Below, one piece after another: positions 6,980 to 10,223 of a stretch of 10,223 nucleotides of DNA; within the stretch, counting starts at the first letter, position 1; the number at the start of each line of letters is the position of its first letter. The position numbers and the translations under genes were made by a program. Location: positions 1 to 10,223 of the forward strand of contig CALKEP010000081.1 of the NCBI GenBank assembly GCA_938084645.1, in the 5' to 3' direction. The notes beneath the pieces were generated by a model that was not told where the DNA came from, did not search any database, and saw only the letters and a list, made by a program, of their open reading frames with translations. This DNA is from an uncultured Phycisphaerales bacterium. GTDB taxonomy: Bacteria; Planctomycetota; Phycisphaerae; Phycisphaerales; SM1A02.

Positions 6980-8481
6980 GCGGACGGACCGGGGTTGGTC
7001 GCGCGGTCCACGAGGCTTCGGCCGATCTGCCAGACCGGGCCGGCGCCCATGACCACGATCAGGTCGCCGTCGCGTCCGATCGCCTCGAGCTGCTCGACGA
7101 TGGCTTCGAAGGGGTGCACGTGCATGGCCGAGGTTCCGTGGGAACGGAGCCGGTCCACGAGATCTCCGGAGGAGATCCGGCGACGCTCCTCCTCGCTGTC
7201 CCGAACGAAGTGGATCCGGGGGACCACCACCAGATCCGCGTGCGAGAAACCGTGGGCGAACTGGTCGAGCAGGAATCGCGTCCGACTGTGCTGATGCGGC
7301 TGGAACACGCAGATGAGCCGGCCGGGATTCTCGGCGACGCGAAGGGCTCGGAGGGTGGCCTCGCATTCGCTCGGATGATGGCCGTAGTCGTCGAAGATCG
7401 TCGCGGTCCCTCCGTCCGCGGTCGGCATCGTTCCCAGCAGCTGCATCCGCCGGTCGACGCCTTCGAAGGCGGCGAGCGCTTCGGCGACGTCGTCCCAGTC
7501 CGCGCCGAGCCAGTGGGCGAGGATGCCCGCCGCCGCGGCGTTGAGGGCGTTGTGGTGTCCGGCGAGGCGCGTCGTCCATTCCGCGACGAATGCGCCGTGC
7601 TCGAGAATGCCGATTCGTCGGGCGGAGGCGTCGAAGAAGACCTGGTGATCCGCGTCGGGCGAGAAGCCGAACGTCGCGACTCCGCAGCGGAGTCCCGCGG
7701 AGATCTCTCGTCGGTGACCGCCTTCGTGGGCGATCAGCAGTCGCCCGCCGACCTCCGCGGGAGGCAGGATCCGCGCGAAGTCGTGGAAGCTCTCCACGAT
7801 CTCGTCGATCGAGGCGTAGAAGTCGAGGTGGTCCTCTTCGACGTTGTTGATCAACGCGATGGTCGGGTGGTGGTGGTGGAAGGAGCGATTGAACTCGCAG
7901 GCTTCGGCCACGAAGATCCCGGGTCGATCGCCCGCCGCAGGATCATCGAGACGATTGGGCAGCCGGTCCGCCCCGACTCGCGATCCGCCCCCGAGCTGTC
8001 GGCAGTTCGCACCGGCGATGAAACTCGGGTCGAGGCCGCATTGCACGAGGACGTGGGCGAGCATCGAGGTGGTGGTGCTCTTGCCGTGGGTCCCGGCGAT
8101 GGAGACCGCGGTCCGGCCGAGCATGGCCCGGCCCACGGCTTCCGCGTAGGAGATGACCTCGATCCCCCGGCGGTCGGCGTCGGCGAGCAGCGGGTGTTCC
8201 GGGGGAATCGCGGCACTGGCGATGAGCAGGTCGCAGGATGCGGGGAGCGTGGCGTCGTCGGACTCGCCGACCGAGACGGCCATGCCCGACGTGCGAAGCT
8301 CCTCCACGAGGGGACCATCGGCCGCGTCGGTGCCGCTGCAGGTGGCGCCACGCCGTTGGATGAGCCTGGCGAGGCCGCTCATGCCCGAGCCGCCGATCCC
8401 CGCGAAGTGGACGGATCGACCCTGGAAGTCCGGATCGCTCCGGCGTTCCGGGGTCGTGCTGGGATCGGTTTCGGCTGGCAT
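6976..8481 (-). CDS. murC: UDP-N-acetylmuramate--L-alanine ligase, 501 aa
   Basis: Motifs HFAGIGGSGMSGLA, P-loop AGTHGKSTTT, VAEACEF, EEDHLDFY, HNALNA, DDYGHHPSE, FQPHQHSRT and VMGAG. ATG 8481 was chosen because the track start at 8667 would overlap the divergent gene. Confidence 0.96.
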   Translation of the reverse strand: MPAETDPSTTPERRSDPDFQGRSVHFAGIGGSGMSGLARLIQRRGATCSGTDAADGPLVEELRTSGMAVSVGESDDATLPASCDLLIASAAIPPEHPLLADADRRGIEVISYAEAVGRAMLGRTAVSIAGTHGKSTTTSMLAHVLVQCGLDPSFIAGANCRQLGGGSRVGADRLPNRLDDPAAGDRPGIFVAEACEFNRSFHHHHPTIALINNVEEDHLDFYASIDEIVESFHDFARILPPAEVGGRLLIAHEGGHRREISAGLRCGVATFGFSPDADHQVFFDASARRIGILEHGAFVAEWTTRLAGHHNALNAAAAGILAHWLGADWDDVAEALAAFEGVDRRMQLLGTMPTADGGTATIFDDYGHHPSECEATLRALRVAENPGRLICVFQPHQHSRTRFLLDQFAHGFSHADLVVVPRIHFVRDSEEERRRISSGDLVDRLRSHGTSAMHVHPFEAIVEQLEAIGRDGDLIVVMGAGPVWQIGRSLVDRATNPGPSA

Positions 8482-8488
8482 CTTGTGG

Positions 8489-8494
8489 AGTCTA
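8489..8494 (-). promoter_or_regulatory. Putative -10 hexamer (TAGACT) for leaderless murC operon transcription
   Basis: Minus strand reads gccgaTAGACTccacaagATG: TANNNT 7 nt before the ATG, with no SD. Confidence 0.55.
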
Positions 8495-8569
8495 TCGGCG
8501 CATCGGCGTCCGTTGTCGCAGCCGGTAACCGACTTCGCGTCCGCCGCCCGATGGTCGGGCCTCTCCTCG

Positions 8570-8575
8570 TACAAT
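8570..8575 (+). promoter_or_regulatory. Putative -10 hexamer (TACAAT) for leaderless transcription of the response regulator
   Basis: ctcgTACAATccggacATG matches TATAAT at 5/6 positions and lies 6 nt before ATG 8582. Confidence 0.65.
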
Positions 8576-8581
8576 CCGGAC

Positions 8582-9973
8582 ATGTCCACGAACGACGCTC
8601 CTTCCCGAGAAGAACTCCGAGCCCAGGTCCTGCTCGTCGACGACGAGCCGGAACACGCCGAAGTCATGGCGGAATCCCTCCGCCGGCCCGGTCACGTCTG
8701 CACCATCGTGAACGGGCTGGAATCGGCCCGCGAGGAACTCCTGCACGGCGCCTTCGACGTCGTGGTCACGGATCTCGTCATGGAGTCCGAGACTTCGGGA
8801 CTCGACGTGCTCGCGCTCGTGCAGGAGCACCAGCCCGATGCCGAGACGATTCTCGTGACCGCCCATGGCGACGTCCCCACGGCGAAGGCGGCGCTCAAGG
8901 GCGGGGCCTACGACTTCATCGAGAAGCCGCTCGACCTCGTGGTCTTTCGAAACCTCGTGGATCGGGCCGCGGAGACGGTCCTGCTCCGGCATCGCACCGC
9001 GCGGCTGGAGGATCAGCTCGGCGCCGCCTACGGATTCGAGGGCATCATCGGTGATTCAGCCGGGATCCGGCAGGTGGTGCAGGCGATCCGCAAGGTGGCG
9101 CCAAGTACGATTCCCGTGCTCGTGACGGGCGAGAGCGGTACCGGGAAGGAGCTCGTCGCGGCCGCGATCCACAAGCTCAGCAAGCGGGCCCGGAAGCGGT
9201 ATGCGACCTTCAACACCGCGGGCCAGAGCGAGAATCTGCTGGAGGATCAGCTGTTCGGCCACGTCCGTGGTGCGTACACCGGTGCGGATCGCGATCGCGA
9301 GGGGGTCTTCGAGTACGCCGACGGTGGAACGCTCTTCCTCGACGAGATCGGGGACATGCCCCTGGCGATGCAGCCGAAGCTCCTGCGGGTGCTCGAGAGC
9401 GGGGAGGTGATCCGGCTCGGCTCGAACGAAGCTCGCAAGGCCGACGTGCGTTTCGTCAGCGCGACCAATCGCGATCTGAAGTCGATGTCCGCCACCGGCG
9501 ACTTCCGCGAGGACCTCTACTTCAGGATCCGCGGTGTGGAGATCAGCATTCCACCGCTTCGAGCCCGACGTGAGGACATCCCCCTGCTGGTGAACCATGC
9601 GGCCGGTCGATTCGCGGCGGAGATGGAACGCCCGATTCCACAGGTCAGCGAGCCCGCGATGCTTCGACTGGTGAGCTATGCCTGGCCCGGAAACGTGCGT
9701 GAGCTGTTCAACGCGGTGCATCGAATGGTGATCGCCTGCGACGATGATCGGATCGAGGTCCGCGACGTCCCGGAGGAGATCCGGACCGAGGACGGCGACG
9801 ACGACGGGACCAGCATCGGTTCGCTCGCGGGCGTCGGCCTCGACCGCCTCGAGAAGGAGGCGATTCGCCAGACCCTCGCCCTGACCGGCGGGAACCGGGA
9901 GCAGACGGCGAACCTCCTGGGCATCGGCGAGCGGACGCTCTATCGCAAACTGAAGGAATACGGGCTCCGTTGA
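8582..9973 (+). CDS. Sigma-54-dependent response regulator (NtrC/AtoC/ZraR family: receiver + AAA+ + Fis-type HTH), 463 aa
   Basis: Receiver motifs LLVDDE, VTDLVM, TAHG and FIEKP. AAA+ has Walker A GESGTGKE, LFGHVRGAYTGA, Walker B LFLDEIGD, FREDLYFRI and WPGNVREL. HTH GNREQTANLLGIGERTLYRKL. Confidence 0.95.
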   Translation: MSTNDAPSREELRAQVLLVDDEPEHAEVMAESLRRPGHVCTIVNGLESAREELLHGAFDVVVTDLVMESETSGLDVLALVQEHQPDAETILVTAHGDVPTAKAALKGGAYDFIEKPLDLVVFRNLVDRAAETVLLRHRTARLEDQLGAAYGFEGIIGDSAGIRQVVQAIRKVAPSTIPVLVTGESGTGKELVAAAIHKLSKRARKRYATFNTAGQSENLLEDQLFGHVRGAYTGADRDREGVFEYADGGTLFLDEIGDMPLAMQPKLLRVLESGEVIRLGSNEARKADVRFVSATNRDLKSMSATGDFREDLYFRIRGVEISIPPLRARREDIPLLVNHAAGRFAAEMERPIPQVSEPAMLRLVSYAWPGNVRELFNAVHRMVIACDDDRIEVRDVPEEIRTEDGDDDGTSIGSLAGVGLDRLEKEAIRQTLALTGGNREQTANLLGIGERTLYRKLKEYGLR

Positions 9974-10087
9974 CCTCCGAGGGTCGTCAGAGGATCAATC
10001 CGTCGATTCGGGTCGAGGGGTCCCCTCGGTGGGTTCTCGGACCCGCCGGGCGACCGTCGGTACTTCGTCGGAAATCGGCCGGACGAG

Positions 10088-10116
10088 TTGCCGGGCGGCG
10101 GAGGCGCGCCCATGAT
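10088..10116 (+). promoter_or_regulatory. Possible sigma-70-type promoter for the next gene
   Basis: TTGCCG (10088-10093), a 17-nt spacer, then CATGAT (10111-10116). Confidence 0.35.
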
Positions 10117-10143
10117 CATCTCGGAGGAACGGGGACCCTGCTC

Positions 10144-10223
10144 ATGATGAAGAGATGTTGCGCCATCGATTCCGCGTTCGGATCGCTGCTCACGCTGGTC
10201 TGCGTCGCGGCGATCGTCGCGCC
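10144..10223 (+). CDS. Probable 5' end of an exported or membrane protein (runs out of the window)
   Basis: ATG 10144 gives MMKRCCAIDSAFGSLLTLVCVAAIVA..., a basic N-terminus followed by a hydrophobic stretch. GGGGA lies 8 nt upstream. Only 26 codons are visible. Confidence 0.45.
   Translation, partial: MMKRCCAIDSAFGSLLTLVCVAAIVA

Noticed and set aside
6980..7579. Long N-terminal extension of murB, or a murC-murB fusion
   Set aside because: The extension is Arg/Pro-rich, out of frame and inside murC. murC has its own TGA, with a GTGA-coupled murB start.
8476..8490. TGGCA as a possible sigma-54 -24 element
   Set aside because: There is no GC at the required -12 position, and it overlaps the murC start.
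8153..8667. Extended N-termini for the regulator (8153) and murC (8667), implying head-to-head overlap
   Set aside because: Family similarity begins just after ATG 8582 and ATG 8481, and each of those has a -10-like hexamer upstream.
6919..9054. 711-aa plus-strand ORF, and similar ORFs 1472..2833, 2502..3512, 3941..5011, 4737..6449 and 5606..6967
   Set aside because: These are antisense shadows of clearly recognisable minus-strand genes. Long open frames are expected at this GC content, and they show no recognisable motifs.
6034..10029. Identical 12-mer GGGTCCCCTCGG at 6034-6045 and 10018-10029
   Set aside because: One copy is in coding sequence, and short GC-rich matches are expected by chance in 10 kb.
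1..10223. All nine complete stops are TGA; frequent TCGA/CGAT words; search for CRISPR, tRNA or IS elements
   Set aside because: The stop and word bias look like a high-GC genome signature, not a local system. I saw no spaced repeats, cloverleaf or transposase.

Overview
High-GC bacterial chromosomal window. It is most consistent with Planctomycetota, probably Phycisphaerae, inferred from the CRTAC1/ASPIC-UnbV gene, the divergent FtsQ and a dcw fragment without ftsA/ftsZ. The + strand starts with the 3' part of a CRTAC1/ASPIC-UnbV FG-GAP protein gene (to 1087). A minus-strand run follows, in transcription order murC-murB-ddl-ftsQ-like-[unknown ~6-TM protein]-greA-cls. Divergent from murC is an NtrC-family sigma-54 response regulator, and a possible exported protein starts at the right edge. 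The main points of interest are: (i) the dcw block stops after ftsQ, with an uncharacterised membrane gene where ftsA-ftsZ usually sit; (ii) three genes have a TANNNT hexamer 6-7 nt before the ATG and no SD, suggesting leaderless mRNAs; (iii) greA is flanked by hairpins, including an intrinsic-terminator-like one upstream; (iv) a tandem GCCGAT motif lies upstream of both murC and ftsQ. I saw no rRNA, tRNA, CRISPR array or mobile element. Most of the window is housekeeping, and the novelty claims are hypotheses.
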